Shown here piece by piece: positions 19,158 through 29,069 of a DNA stretch of 32,000 nucleotides. This DNA comes from Candidatus Saccharimonadota bacterium. GTDB taxonomy: Bacteria; Patescibacteriota; Gracilibacteria; Absconditabacterales; Absconditicoccaceae. Location of the stretch: assembly GCA_965231145.1 (NCBI GenBank), contig OZ246420.1, positions 540,001 to 572,000 of the forward strand, in the 5' to 3' direction. The notes beneath the pieces were generated by a model that worked only from the letters and a program-made list of their open reading frames with translations, was not told the DNA's origin and searched no databases. Each line of letters opens with the position of its first letter. The stretch's first letter is position 1. The position numbers and the translations under genes were made by a program.

Positions 19158-19808
19158 ATGGATATAGTACACTATGTGCTTTTGTGAATAGTCCTCATTG
19201 TGTCAATTGGACTGCATGAATATGCCCACGCGCGAAGCGCGAATAAGCTCGGAGATCCCACTCCTCGCTTGCAGTGAAGATTGACGCCGAACCCACTCGC
19301 ACATATAGATCCGATTGGATTTATTATGATTTTTTTGATAGGGTTCGGTTGGTGAAAACCAGTCTACACAAATCCTGCATACTTCCGTAGCCCGGTCAGA
19401 GATGACTTTCTCGTCGCTATGGCCTGACCAATAAGTAATATCATCTTGTGCATTATTAGCATGATGATCATTGGCATTTACTCGATGATCATTGGTATCA
19501 GTTCTCCGGTAGAGATCTTTGCAACTCAAGATATTGTTATCCAATTCCGAATCTTATTCAGTATCGTTAATATCGGATTAGCTGTGTTCAACCTTATACC
19601 GATCTTCCCGCTTGATGGCTATAGAATAATCAAAATCATCTCTCCACGCGCAGGTTATTGGATGGAGAAAAACGGCCAACTGATGACCATCATCGCACTG
19701 ATACTCATCATGGGATTTGGAAAAAACATCATAGGAACATACATATCGACTGTATCACAATGAGTATTCAATTTCTTCTTCATTATCATGAGTCAAATAT
19801 TTTTTTAA
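19158..19808 (+). CDS. M50-family (site-2 protease-like) zinc metalloprotease, rejoined across TGA codons
   Basis: Motifs HEYAHA, LGDPTPRLQ[TGA]RLTPNPLAHIDPIG, FGW[TGA]KPV, AMA[TGA]PISN and FNLIPIFPLDGYRI. ORF 19446-19763 is in frame with ATG 19158. Confidence 0.85.
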
Positions 19809-19853
19809 GAAAGATACTATTTATTTATTCATTCCTCTCATTTATATCAGATC

Positions 19854-20276
19854 ATGTGAGATACATACTTGTATTCTGCTCTACACCTCTGAACATTGAC
19901 TACGCCGCTCCTTATAGTAGCTATCATAGGTATACCATTTCTCTTTGTTTATTCAGTACTGACATGGGTCTTTTATAAGAGACATTATAAAACCGGATTC
20001 TTCAGGATCTCTGCATTACTTATTCCTCTACTTATTCTTATTGGCTTCATCATCAAATTCATCGGCATGAGGTTTGTTGATCCGCTCTGCTTTACCTGGC
20101 TGGAATCTCCCTTTGATGAGGTTTTCTTTAGAAACTCATGTAATATAGCTTATTTCGGCACAGTAGCGCTTAGTGAAATCATCCTTTTTATGAGCATATC
20201 CATGAGTATTATTATTGGCCTACCGGCAGCATTGATTATAACCATCACCAGAAAGATGAAGAGACATAAAAAATAA
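19854..20276 (+). CDS. Hypothetical membrane protein
   Basis: The 126-aa ORF has 3-4 hydrophobic helices and a TAA stop. The start is ambiguous: TTG 19896 from the ORF track, or ATG 19854 through two TGA codons. Confidence 0.5.
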
Positions 20277-20298
20277 TTTTATTTCATTTCTTATATTG

Positions 20299-20682
20299 AT
20301 GCTATCACATCTTAAGCGTATCGGTATTTTTCTCAGCACTCTTGTGTGTTCAGTAGCTACATTTTTCGTAAGCATTGCTATGAGCGGGATCTGTTCATGA
20401 CGAAGTACAGGAACTCTCAAAGTATCTTCCTGTTATTTTGGAGGTGCTCGCATGGAAAATATTGCAAATAATGCGTATGGGTATGTATTGGCAGGGTTGT
20501 TTCTTCTTGTTCCTATCGTTTTATGGGTTGGGTGAATAGTACTCTGATGAATATACCGGAAAAAAAATCATAAAGATTTGTTAGGTAAGATGGGGATGAG
20601 TCTTATTTGGCTCAATATTATTATGATTATTATCGCAATCGTACGACAAATCACTAAAATTATTATCACCCATGATTACTAA
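20299..20682 (+). CDS. Hypothetical small membrane protein (127 aa), visible only with TGA read-through
   Basis: ATG 20299 to TAA 20680-20682 is open except for 4 TGA codons, including a tandem TGA-TGA at 20545-20550. It encodes hydrophobic segments such as IGIFLSTLVCSVATFFVSIAM, YVLAGLFLLVPIVLWV and LIWLNIIMIIIAIV. Confidence 0.4.
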
Positions 20683-20706
20683 TATATTTATTTAAACTAC
20701 TCTCCC

Positions 20707-21777
20707 ATGTTAGATAAATTACTCCAGATCGAATCAAGCTATAACGCTATCCAGCAACAACTGATGGATCCTGAGATTTTGTCTGATCAGAAAAAATTGA
20801 TTGAGCTCAACAAAAAGTCTCAGAGCTTACAGGAAACCTATGATCTCTTTCAGCATTACAAGAAATATCTTTGACAAAAGAAAGAGGCTGAAGAACTTCT
20901 TCATAGTGAGACAGATGCTGATACCATCGAGATGGCAAAAGAACAACTGAGCGAAGCAAATGACAAAATTGCTGAACTTGAGCCCCAGCTCAAAGTATCC
21001 CTCCTTCCAAAAGATCCAAATGATGATAAAAATATTTTTCTGGAAATCAGGCCAGCTGCAGGAGGCGATGAAGCATGACTTTTTGCTGCCGAGCTTTTAA
21101 AAGCATATATGCTCTTTGCACAGAAGAAAGGATGGAAAACAGAGATTATTGAGCAGACGTATTCTGACGTTGGTGGTGTAAAATTTGCCATGGTAAAGAT
21201 GTCAGGAGACCACGTTTATAGCCAGATGAAATTTGAATCGGGTGTACATCGTGTACAACGTATCCCTGCAACAGAGTCACAAGGACGTGTCCATACATCA
21301 ACTATTACTGTAGCGATTATGCCGGAAGTTGAAAATGTCGAATTTCATATTGATCCAAATGACATCCAGATGGATACATATGCTGCTTCATCATCGGGAG
21401 GGCAAAATGCTAACAAGAACCAGACATGAGTAAGACTTCATCATATACCCACAGGAACTATCGTGACCATTGGTGATAGTAAGTCACAGTTACAGAACAA
21501 AGAAAAAGCATGGTCTGTACTCAAGGCGAGACTCTATCAGGTTGAGCTCGATAAGAAAAATGACGCTGAACGTAAAATCAGAGGTGATCAGATCGGTGGA
21601 GGTGATCGTAGCGAAAAAATCAGAACGTATAATTTCCCACAGGATCGTGTCACTGACCATAGAATAAAGCAATCATGGGGAAATATCCCTGGTATCATGA
21701 TGGGAGACTTTGATGATATCGTCCACGCCATGATCGTCGAAAGCCAAGCAGAACAGATGAAAGCAACGGAAGAATAA
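20707..21777 (+). CDS. prfA: Peptide chain release factor 1, rejoined across 3 TGA codons
   Basis: Motifs [14 protein letters not shown] (PxT tripeptide, specific to RF1), [11 protein letters not shown][TGA]VRLHHIPTG (GGQ) and [12 protein letters not shown]. The fragments 20707+, 21109-21429 and 21463-21777 share one frame. Confidence 0.92.
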
Positions 21778-21792
21778 AATCATATCATTAGG

Positions 21793-21817
21793 GACGCATT
21801 AATATGCGTCTTTTTTT
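21793..21817 (+). terminator. Rho-independent terminator of prfA
   Basis: GACGCAT-taat-ATGCGTC followed by TTTTTTT. Confidence 0.8.
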
Positions 21818-21832
21818 GTAGAAAATCAATTA

Positions 21833-21862
21833 TTGACATTGCTTTCTGCATAGTTATTATAT
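21833..21862 (+). promoter_or_regulatory. Sigma-70-like promoter of cassette gene A
   Basis: TTGACA (21833-21838), then a 17-18 nt spacer, then ATTATA/TTATAT. The upstream context caattaTTGACAt is shared with the next promoter. Confidence 0.55.
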
Positions 21863-21889
21863 CTATCCACATCAAAATGAAACACACTT

Positions 21890-22372
21890 ATGTCAAATTA
21901 TAACAAATGTAACGCCAATCTCATTCACACCAAAGACAACCGTGGATATGTATACGTGTCAGAATTATGCTTAGTATGTGATCTTACAGAACATTTCCAA
22001 ATCAAAAAAGTTATACGGACAGCTTTGAAATCAGAGGTTCACTACCTGAGACACAATAGCATGCGTATCACCTTAGATCAGCCATTGGTCAACTATAACC
22101 CGGGCAATTGGGTATTTACCCACCTTCATGCACATAACGGCAGAGTGAAGATTACTCTTCAGCGACGAACGCGGAGTGTTACACTCTCTTTAGTAAATAT
22201 GCATGAAGGGATAGACGTTCAAATCGTAGATATCGAAGGATGTATCAAACCTTTCTATTTACCAGGAATGAAAAAAATGGGCTACAAATGTACTCTTGAA
22301 AGGTATCTTGAGTTCATCCATCCTACCCGCATACTGTCAGACAATAACCCTCACTATCAACCTGCGAAATAA
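21890..22372 (+). CDS. Hypothetical protein (160 aa), monocistronic cassette A
   Basis: Intact ORF with a TAA stop and no in-frame TGA, bracketed by its own promoter and terminator. No family recognised. Confidence 0.6.
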   Translation: MSNYNKCNANLIHTKDNRGYVYVSELCLVCDLTEHFQIKKVIRTALKSEVHYLRHNSMRITLDQPLVNYNPGNWVFTHLHAHNGRVKITLQRRTRSVTLSLVNMHEGIDVQIVDIEGCIKPFYLPGMKKMGYKCTLERYLEFIHPTRILSDNNPHYQPAK

Positions 22373-22392
22373 TACGCATGAAAATTGTTCGA

Positions 22393-22419
22393 CCAACTCC
22401 ATATGGAGTTGGTTTTTTT
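22393..22419 (+). terminator. Rho-independent terminator of cassette A
   Basis: CCAACTCC-atat-GGAGTTGG followed by TTTTTTT. Confidence 0.8.
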
Positions 22420-22433
22420 ATAAACAACAATTA

Positions 22434-22461
22434 TTGACATCATAAGTTACTTCTGTAAAAT
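22434..22461 (+). promoter_or_regulatory. Sigma-70-like promoter of cassette gene B
   Basis: TTGACA (22434-22439), a 16-nt spacer, then TAAAAT (22456-22461). Same caattaTTGACAt context as the cassette A promoter. Confidence 0.6.
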
Positions 22462-22487
22462 ATTATTTCACACCAAATAAAAGCTAT

Positions 22488-23018
22488 ATGAACATTAATG
22501 AAATTACACAAAATATTGTATTCGCCGCTGAAAGCATCTGGGACCTTTTCCTTCGCGCTCACGCAGACGAACTCCAGGGTAGAAAAGGTGGAGTCTTACA
22601 ACTCATTCCTCTTCCCACTGCCACCTCTCTTTCTTCCGTAGAAGATCTTCTGAGCTCAATACGAGAAGTGTCTTTTGGAGTGATATCTGATGAAAAAAGG
22701 ACAGAGAAAACTGAGTTTGCTCGTAAGAAGATAAAATCTTTACTGACTCCATATCTCACAAATGAAGGTTACCGAGGAAACTACTTTGGTCCCCTCTCCT
22801 CTTTCGAGCAAGAAGATGAACAAAATGGAATATATGGTGGTGGCATTATAACCGACACGCATATCATCGCTTTTTCCGGCTTCCCGCCTGACATGGACCA
22901 AAAGTTCGTTATTTTAGCAGCAGAAGCTGCAAATAACATCTCTAAAGCTAGGGTTATGGACATTTGGCTTCACAGTACAGCTAATGAACAAAAGTGGATA
23001 GACCAGCGGATTGCCTAA
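22488..23018 (+). CDS. Hypothetical protein (176 aa), monocistronic cassette B; weak resemblance to the GlcG/DUF336 C-terminal pattern
   Basis: Intact ORF with a TAA stop and no in-frame TGA. YGGGIITDTHIIAFSGFPPDMDQKFVILAAEA resembles the GG..(I/P)...(I)GA(I/F)(G)(V)SG....D...A pattern of GlcG-like proteins. This comparison is from memory and unverified. Confidence 0.6.
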   Translation: MNINEITQNIVFAAESIWDLFLRAHADELQGRKGGVLQLIPLPTATSLSSVEDLLSSIREVSFGVISDEKRTEKTEFARKKIKSLLTPYLTNEGYRGNYFGPLSSFEQEDEQNGIYGGGIITDTHIIAFSGFPPDMDQKFVILAAEAANNISKARVMDIWLHSTANEQKWIDQRIA

Positions 23019-23050
23019 TATTACTGGCTTTCTGTATAACAGGTATTACG

Positions 23051-23078
23051 CCTTCCCGCATCCAAGGGAAGGTTTTTT
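23051..23078 (+). terminator. Rho-independent terminator of cassette B
   Basis: CCTTCCC-gcatccaa-GGGAAGG followed by TTTTTT. Confidence 0.75.
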
Positions 23079-23127
23079 CTTTCTTGCAACTTCAGCCCTA
23101 ATCCCTAATCTCACATACATACCAATA

Positions 23128-23179
23128 GCAGTTAGATGTTGGATTTTAGATTATAATCTAACATCTATAATCTCATTGC
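23128..23179. repeat. TAGATTATAGAT-type imperfect palindrome (family copy 1 of 3)
   Basis: The arms gcagttagatgttggattttagattat and ataatctaacatctataatctcattgc match at about 20 of 27 positions when one arm is reverse-complemented. The GCAnTTAGAT...ATCTnATTGC termini are shared with the copies at 26940-27010 and 31209-31273. Confidence 0.6.
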
Positions 23180-23206
23180 TATATTTTAGTAAATGAACCG
23201 ATAAGC

Positions 23207-24451
23207 ATGTTCGTCATTAAACATTCAGCAAATCTGAAGGGAACCGTTACTATTTCCGGAAGCAAAAATGCAGCGCTTCCTATCATCGCAGCAAATTATC
23301 TTACAAATAATAGTGTCTCTCTTGAGAATGTTCCTAACATCCTTGATGTGCAACGCCTTCATACTATCGCAGAAAATGCACTGATAAACTCACAGGGTTC
23401 ATCTTTTTTTGATCTTACAAATCCTCTCTGCCTGAAACTCAGAGCGTCTATCCTTCTCGTTCCTTACTGACTTATCAATTATGGTGAGGTGCGTTTCATT
23501 GGTGTGGGCGGTTGTAAACTTGGGAAAAGATCTCTCGATACTTTTGACGATAGTCTACAACAATGCGGTATCGAGCTTTCTTATGAAAAAAATATGAAGA
23601 TCTATAAAAAAATCTGACTACCCAAAGCAAAGATAGTACTTCAGGAGTTCAGTGTGACAGCCACTGAAGCGATACTTACCTACTTATCATTCTTATCAGA
23701 CGCTCAAGGAAAAGAATTCACTCTGTACCAAGCTGCCATAGAGCCACACGTGCTTAACCTCATAGATTTCCTCAAGAACATTGGTGCAGACATCGAAGTA
23801 AATTATGATCATAGCATCACTATCAGACCTAAAGATATAGAAGTAAAATCAAAGACGTGCCGTATCACAGGCGATTACTTGGAAGCAGGGATGTTTCTTG
23901 CTATCGGAGCAACAGCAGAAAACAGTAGCCTGACAATAAAAGGCGTCGATATCAAAGATCTCTTATCAGTTTTTGCTGTATGTAAAAATATTGGCATACA
24001 CTATGAGATCATTGATCATCAGACATTTTGTGTCGATAGTAGCAATATAGCGAACTATCATGCAACAAAGATACAGACGATGATCTTCCCATGATTTCCT
24101 ACGGATCTGCAGTCTGTATTTGCTACTCTACTCACACAAGCACAATGAGTCAGTAAGATCTTCGAAACGCTTTTCGAAGGAAGATTTGCATATCTTGCTG
24201 AGCTTGAAAACCTTGGCGCTAAGATAGAAATCCTCAATCCTCATCAGGCTGTCGTCATATGACCAAGCAAACTCCATGGCAACTATGTGACAAGCACCGA
24301 CATCAGAGGGTGAGGTGCCCTGCTCGTAGCAGGTGTGATAGCATCAGGTGAAACAGTTATTACCAATGAAGAATTGATATTGAGATGATATGAAAATATC
24401 GTAGAGAAGTTACAATCAATAGGCGTTGAGATAGAAAGAAGAGAAGCGTAA
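23207..24451 (+). CDS. murA: UDP-N-acetylglucosamine 1-carboxyvinyltransferase, rejoined across 7 TGA codons
   Basis: Motifs GTVTISGSKNAALPIIAA, FIGVGGCKLGKRSLD, MIFP[TGA]FPTDLQ, AQ[TGA]VSKIFETLFEGRF, DIRG[TGA]GALLVAG and LILR[TGA]YENIVEKL. All fragments share one frame, and the gene ends at TAA 24449-24451. Confidence 0.92.
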
Positions 24452-24580
24452 CAGTTGACAACTATAAGACAACTGGAAGTCTTTTATACGAACAATCATC
24501 TACAAAGATGGAGAGTTCACTTTAGATGTATAAAGGTAATTACTGAAAATTTCGAATTTAAAATTTAACATAATAGTTAT

Positions 24581-25720
24581 ATGTTAGGATTTCTCCGCCG
24601 TATCTTTGCACCTAAGCTGCATAGTTTAAATACGATATTGATTGATAAAAAAGCTATCATACACAATTTTACGTATTTACAATCACTTCATCCACACGAT
24701 AAGATCATACCGGTGCTGAAGTCAAATGCCTATGGTCATGGACTAAAAGAAGTCTGCCAGATACTCAACGATACTGATGTAGAAATGGTGGCGGTCGATA
24801 GTTTTCCTGAGTATCAGATCGTAAAAAAGCATATGAAACAGCAGATACTCATCTTAGGCGAGACTGATGTGCGCAATTATAGGCACTTTAACTGGAAACG
24901 TGCGTCATTTTGCATTTATAACATCAGTACACTAGAGTGACTTATTGGCTATAAAAAAGCCTGTAAGATACATATCTTTCTCAATACCGGCATGAATCGC
25001 GAAGGTATCCAGAAAAATGAGCTGGATGAATTTCTCACACTTCTCCAGGCAGCACCTCGGGTTTCTGTAGAAGGCATTATGTCTCACTTTGCTGATGCTG
25101 ACAATCCGGATCCTACTGGTATGCAGCTTCAAATAGAAAACTTTAAAGTGATGCATGAGAAAATTATTGAGTATGGATTTGAGTCTCAGTACAGACATAT
25201 TAGTGCAAGTGCCGGAGCTCTCAAATTATATGATGAGTATTTTAATACCCAGAGAATCGGCTTAGCTCTCTATGGATATAATCCTCTCCAGACAAATGAT
25301 GAGGCCTATATGAAAGGTGAATTGCTGAAGCCTGCTCTCCGTGTCTGTTCTACTGTCGTCTCTCTCCAAGATATCGAACAAGGAGAATGAGTAGGATATA
25401 ATTTCACCTACACAGCGCCCGGAGAGACACGCATTGCTACGCTCCCCTTCGGATATTATGAGTGACTCCCAAGGGTGCTGTCGAACAATCGACAGATCAA
25501 ACGAAAAGATGTCTATCTTCCTCTAGTAGGAACGATTTCGATGAATCTCTGCAGCGCAAATGCTGCGGGATATGATGTCGCTATCGGCGACTCAGTAGAG
25601 GTTATTGCGACAACCAGATCATCGCTCAATACGTTGATGCACGCATGCAAGCTTTCGGGGATGATCCCGTATGAGCTATTGGTAAAGTTTGCCTCGAATG
25701 TGAAAAGGAAAATCATATAA
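24581..25720 (+). CDS. alr: Alanine racemase, rejoined across 3 TGA codons
   Basis: Motifs PVLKSNAYGHGL (PLP lysine), IFLNTGMNREGI, IMSHFADAD, LALYGYNP, LPFGYYE[TGA]LPR and VGTISMN. ORFs 24581, 24992 and 25475 share one frame (offsets 411 and 894 nt). Confidence 0.9.
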
Positions 25721-25762
25721 TTTAATTACGAATGAACAATTACGAATTACTAATTAAATTTT
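25721..25762. repeat. AATTACGAAT word repeat upstream of the htrA-like gene; inverted partner at 28151-28191
   Basis: Sequence tttAATTACGAATgaacAATTACGAATTActaattaaa. The core aattacgaatgaaNaattacgaatta recurs, reverse-complemented, at 28151-28191. Confidence 0.6.
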
Positions 25763-25784
25763 GTTTTAATTTATACATATCCTC

Positions 25785-26927
25785 ATGAAAACGAGTAACA
25801 TTATCGTACTTAATATATTTATTACTCTTGCTCTTCTGAGCGGATTTTACTACGCGATTAACACCTATGGAACACAGTTCCTCACAGGAATATGGGACAA
25901 AAATGGCGTAACAAAAATCATCAATCAAAAGGTAATTCAGGAAAACGTGAGTGAATACAGAAAGCTTTCTGATACGCAAAGTGACCTCACAGCCGCTATC
26001 GCCACTGTTTCACCTTCGGTGGTACATATTGCGAAAAGTAGTGATATAAGCGCCTCTCTTTCGGGAGGAATTATCTCATCGTTTCAGTGAGGAGGAAGCG
26101 CTATTGTGCTTACATCAGATGGCTATCTTCTTACCAATAAGCATGTCGTCAGTGATCTCAAAGCAAAATACACTGCTATTAGTGCAGAAGGGAAAAAATT
26201 CAATATTGTAAATATCTGGGTTGATCCAACCCTCGATCTTGCGATCGTCAAAGTCGCTATGAGCACAGGGAAAACAGAGACAGATCTAAAACCTGCTACG
26301 TTTGTCAATGCAGGAAGCACAATCAACATGTGACAATTTGCAGCGTTTATAGGAAGTAGCCAAACAACTACGGAGTTTATCCATGCTATGGGCATAGTCA
26401 CTCAAAAGAATATTCCGACAGGAAGCACGGGCGATAGCTCAATACTTCTCTCTTACTATAGCGTTGATGCTGCTATCGCTCCAGGGTTTAGCGGGGGGCC
26501 GGCATTTGATCTTCAGGGAAATGTGATAGGTATCACGACTGCTATGCTGAACGGCCAGCAGCGCTGAGCTCTTATGCTTCCTCTTACAAAAGAGTTTATT
26601 CAAGCGCTTCTTACAAGCATACACGCACAAAGCAAAATCATCAGAATGCCACTAGGCGTCACAACGCTTTCACTCAATACGTATAAAGCTCAGCAAATGA
26701 ACCTTAAGAAGTTTGCAGGACAATATATACAAAGAGTCTTGCCTGATTCACTTGGATCAAAAGCAGGACTTCAGAAGGGTGATATTATCACACATATTGA
26801 CGGCAATGCTCTTATAGATGACACTCCTCTTGCTCGTTACTGGCTTGGTCACACATCAGGAGACAAGATAGAACTTACTATCTCACGCGCTGAGGAAACT
26901 AAAAAAATATCGATTACTCTTAACTAA
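25785..26927 (+). CDS. HtrA/DegP-family trypsin-like serine protease with a PDZ domain, rejoined across 3 TGA codons
   Basis: N-terminal TM helix. Catalytic triad context: LLTNKHVV (His), DLAIVKV (Asp), DAAIAPGFSGGPAF (Ser). PDZ-like GSKAGLQKGDIITHIDGNAL. The three ORF fragments share one frame (offsets 321 and 789 nt). Confidence 0.85.
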
Positions 26928-26939
26928 ATAAATAAAAAA

Positions 26940-27015
26940 GCAGTTAGATGTTAGATTATAGATATTAGCATAAAATATGTGCTATAATCTACCATCTATA
27001 ATCTAATTGCTTTTT
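26940..27015. terminator. Bidirectional terminator built from a TAGATTATAGAT-type palindrome (family copy 2 of 3)
   Basis: A long imperfect hairpin, gcagttagatgttagattatagatattagca..tgctataatctaccatctataatctaattgc, is flanked by aaaaaa (5') and ttttt (3'). It lies between the convergent htrA-like and ftsX genes. Confidence 0.65.
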
Positions 27016-27032
27016 AGTTAGCAAATAAGGTA

Positions 27033-28094
27033 TTAGATTTGTTTGATCATACGTGTCAGAACTCTGTCGCTGATCGATGTTGCAAGCATAGCAATAAGCA
27101 CAAATTCAACGACGATGATCATACCAATATTTCGCCATCCGATGCTTCCTATATATGCACCAAGCGATGTATGGAAAAGATATGCAAATGAGCTTCCGAT
27201 ATACTGTCCGATAATAAGAACGAGGATGCCAGTAAGAACAAATGCAATACAAAGCATGATAACGACGCTTATAAGAAACGGCATTTTAATAGTCATATAG
27301 TGTGTTCCTAGAAGTTTTTCCACTTCAATATTTTTCCAGAACTGTCTGCACTTCATCGCAGTAATCAGCATGAGAAATGTCACGATCATCACACATACGA
27401 CGATCATCAAGACAAAAGAGAATGCTGTCGAAAAGTTTGTGATATTGATAATATTTGACACTCTTTGTTGCTGCTCAGCAAAGCCTCACTTCGTTTGTAT
27501 ACTTGATGCGTTACGTACAATATCTGCATATTTTGGGATAATGATCGTCAGATCATTAAATTGATCGTTGTCATCGAACGTCACATAGAGCGTCGCTGGA
27601 AGTGGGTTTGCAATACCGTATTTGTCAAAGTTTTGAATTACTCCTGGTATCTTTTGCTGGAGAAGCTTTAGCGCATCATCTTTTGAGTAGTATTCTACTT
27701 TGAGGCCACTGCTTGCTAGTTCGTCTTTCAAACGCATAACGCGAGTATAGATATCATTTTCAGGCATTTCGACCCCATTTTGACCTGGCTCATTGATATA
27801 GAAGTAGAATCCAAGTTTCTGACTAATATCTACCGAAGCTTTCTGGGTAAGATATGCGCTCCCAAGAAATAAGTGCAGGAAGAATAAGAGAAATGCGATG
27901 ATAGCGCTGATACCAAGAAATTGGACCCAGCTATGTTTCCATAGGTATCTGGTTGCTTTTGACACAAGACCTCTTCCTCCTTTTTTGATGACATAGGCAT
28001 CGTGTGCAACCGTTTTTACGAGAGAAGCAATCTTTGCAAAAGGGATTTTTTGCAAAAGCTTTTTTAAAGATATGATTTTTCGTAATAGTTTCAT
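27033..28094 (-). CDS. ftsX: Cell division permease FtsX, rejoined across one TGA
   Basis: ORFs 27486-28094 and 27033-27461 share a frame. The N-terminal TM helix is followed by a periplasmic domain (VEYYSKDDALKLL...GIANPLPATLYV) and then three C-terminal TM helices. The stop is TAA. Confidence 0.8.
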
Positions 28095-28150
28095 GCAGCT
28101 ATACTAATGAGTAAATTATCTTATATTTATAGTTACGTATCTATCCTTCA

Positions 28151-28191
28151 ATATTTAATTCGTAATTATTCATTCGTAATTCGTAATTACG
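28151..28191. repeat. AATTCGTAATT word repeat upstream of ftsX; inverted partner of 25721-25762
   Basis: atatttaattcgtaattattcattcgtaattcgtaattacg. Its reverse complement contains aattacgaatgaataattacgaatta. Confidence 0.6.
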
Positions 28192-28195
28192 TTAG

Positions 28196-28807
28196 TTAGG
28201 CGTTTTTCTGGATAAACTTATCAAAGAGTTCAACCTTCTGGTCATAGAAACCGATCTCTTTATCAAAGGTTTGTAGCTTATCGTGGTTCTTCTGATAGTA
28301 TTGGATCATGCGTTTCGCACGTCTATAATCGAACTCAAGAAGGTAGATCTCGATAAGATTGTAGATAACTTCTGCATCTTTATTATTGAGATCCCATGAT
28401 TCTTCTAGAAATTGAATTCCTTTTTCTCTGTTTCCATACCAATATTCACAGAGTCCATAACAACGAAGGATTTCATGGTTCTCAAACTTTGTGAGCTTAA
28501 TAGCTTCTTGAAAATACTTCTTTGCATCTAAAAAGTTATTTTTCTCCATCTCGAGAACCCCTTTAATATAGAGAGCCATCGGATCATCACTTTTCATCTT
28601 GAGAAGAAAGTCTACCGGCTTTTCTGCCTTCGTAAGTTCCCCACGTCTGTATTCGATATCAACGACCTGCATCAGTGCCTGTTCATTGGTAGGGTTTTTC
28701 ATCAACTCATGGTTGATAAGCTTCAAGGCTTCATCAAATTTGCCCTGTTTCTTCAACTGCTCTACTTTCGTGATAACCATGTCAGGAATATAGCTACTCA
28801 TACTCAC
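28196..28807 (-). CDS. Tetratricopeptide-repeat protein (203 aa)
   Basis: Intact ORF. It carries repeated 34-residue-like helical units with A/Y/L spacing (e.g. GKFDEALKLINHELMKNP, NFLDAKKYFQEAIKL, AEVIYNLIEIYLLEFDYRRAKRMIQ). Confidence 0.75.
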   Translation of the reverse strand: MSMSSYIPDMVITKVEQLKKQGKFDEALKLINHELMKNPTNEQALMQVVDIEYRRGELTKAEKPVDFLLKMKSDDPMALYIKGVLEMEKNNFLDAKKYFQEAIKLTKFENHEILRCYGLCEYWYGNREKGIQFLEESWDLNNKDAEVIYNLIEIYLLEFDYRRAKRMIQYYQKNHDKLQTFDKEIGFYDQKVELFDKFIQKNA

Positions 28808-28830
28808 TTATTAAACGATTAAAATACACC

Positions 28831-28888
28831 CACATAGATAGAGGTACGAGATAGAGACAGAGGTGCTTCCTATATCTATATCTAGAAT
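28831..28888. repeat. GACATAGATATAG-type imperfect palindrome in a divergent intergenic region
   Basis: Sequence acatagatagaggtacgagatagagacagagg-tgctt-cctatatctatatctagaatctatgtctat. It shares word content with 16321-16387. Confidence 0.5.
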
Positions 28889-29035
28889 CTATGTCTATTT
28901 GTTTGATAATAAGATAATAGTATAGACCATAGTCGAATAATGCAATTATTGGCATACTCTGACCACCTATTCTCCTTTCCTTTTTAAAAAAAGTATGTAC
29001 ATGGGGAATCTTATAATAGAATAGCATATTTATCA

Positions 29036-29063
29036 TTGACTTATGTTTCTTCTAAATTATAAT
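29036..29063 (+). promoter_or_regulatory. Near-consensus sigma-70-like promoter placed for a leaderless transcript
   Basis: TTGACT (29036-29041), a 16-nt spacer, then TATAAT (29058-29063). The next in-frame ATG is at 29070, 6 nt after the -10 element. Confidence 0.55.
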
Positions 29064-29069
29064 AATTTC

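Noticed and set aside
23096-23110. The telomere-like tandem CCCTAATCCCTAATC.
   Set aside because: There are only two units, inside an ordinary intergenic region. A similar string at 1061-1085 is simply coding sequence of xseA. There is no evidence of a replicon end.
28794-29069. ORF 28794-29036 (minus strand, 80 aa) and the ORF-track start at 29043 for the downstream gene.
   Set aside because: The 80-aa ORF spans the divergent promoter and palindrome region and has an implausible sequence. The 29043 start lies between the predicted -35 and -10 elements, so ATG 29070 is preferred.
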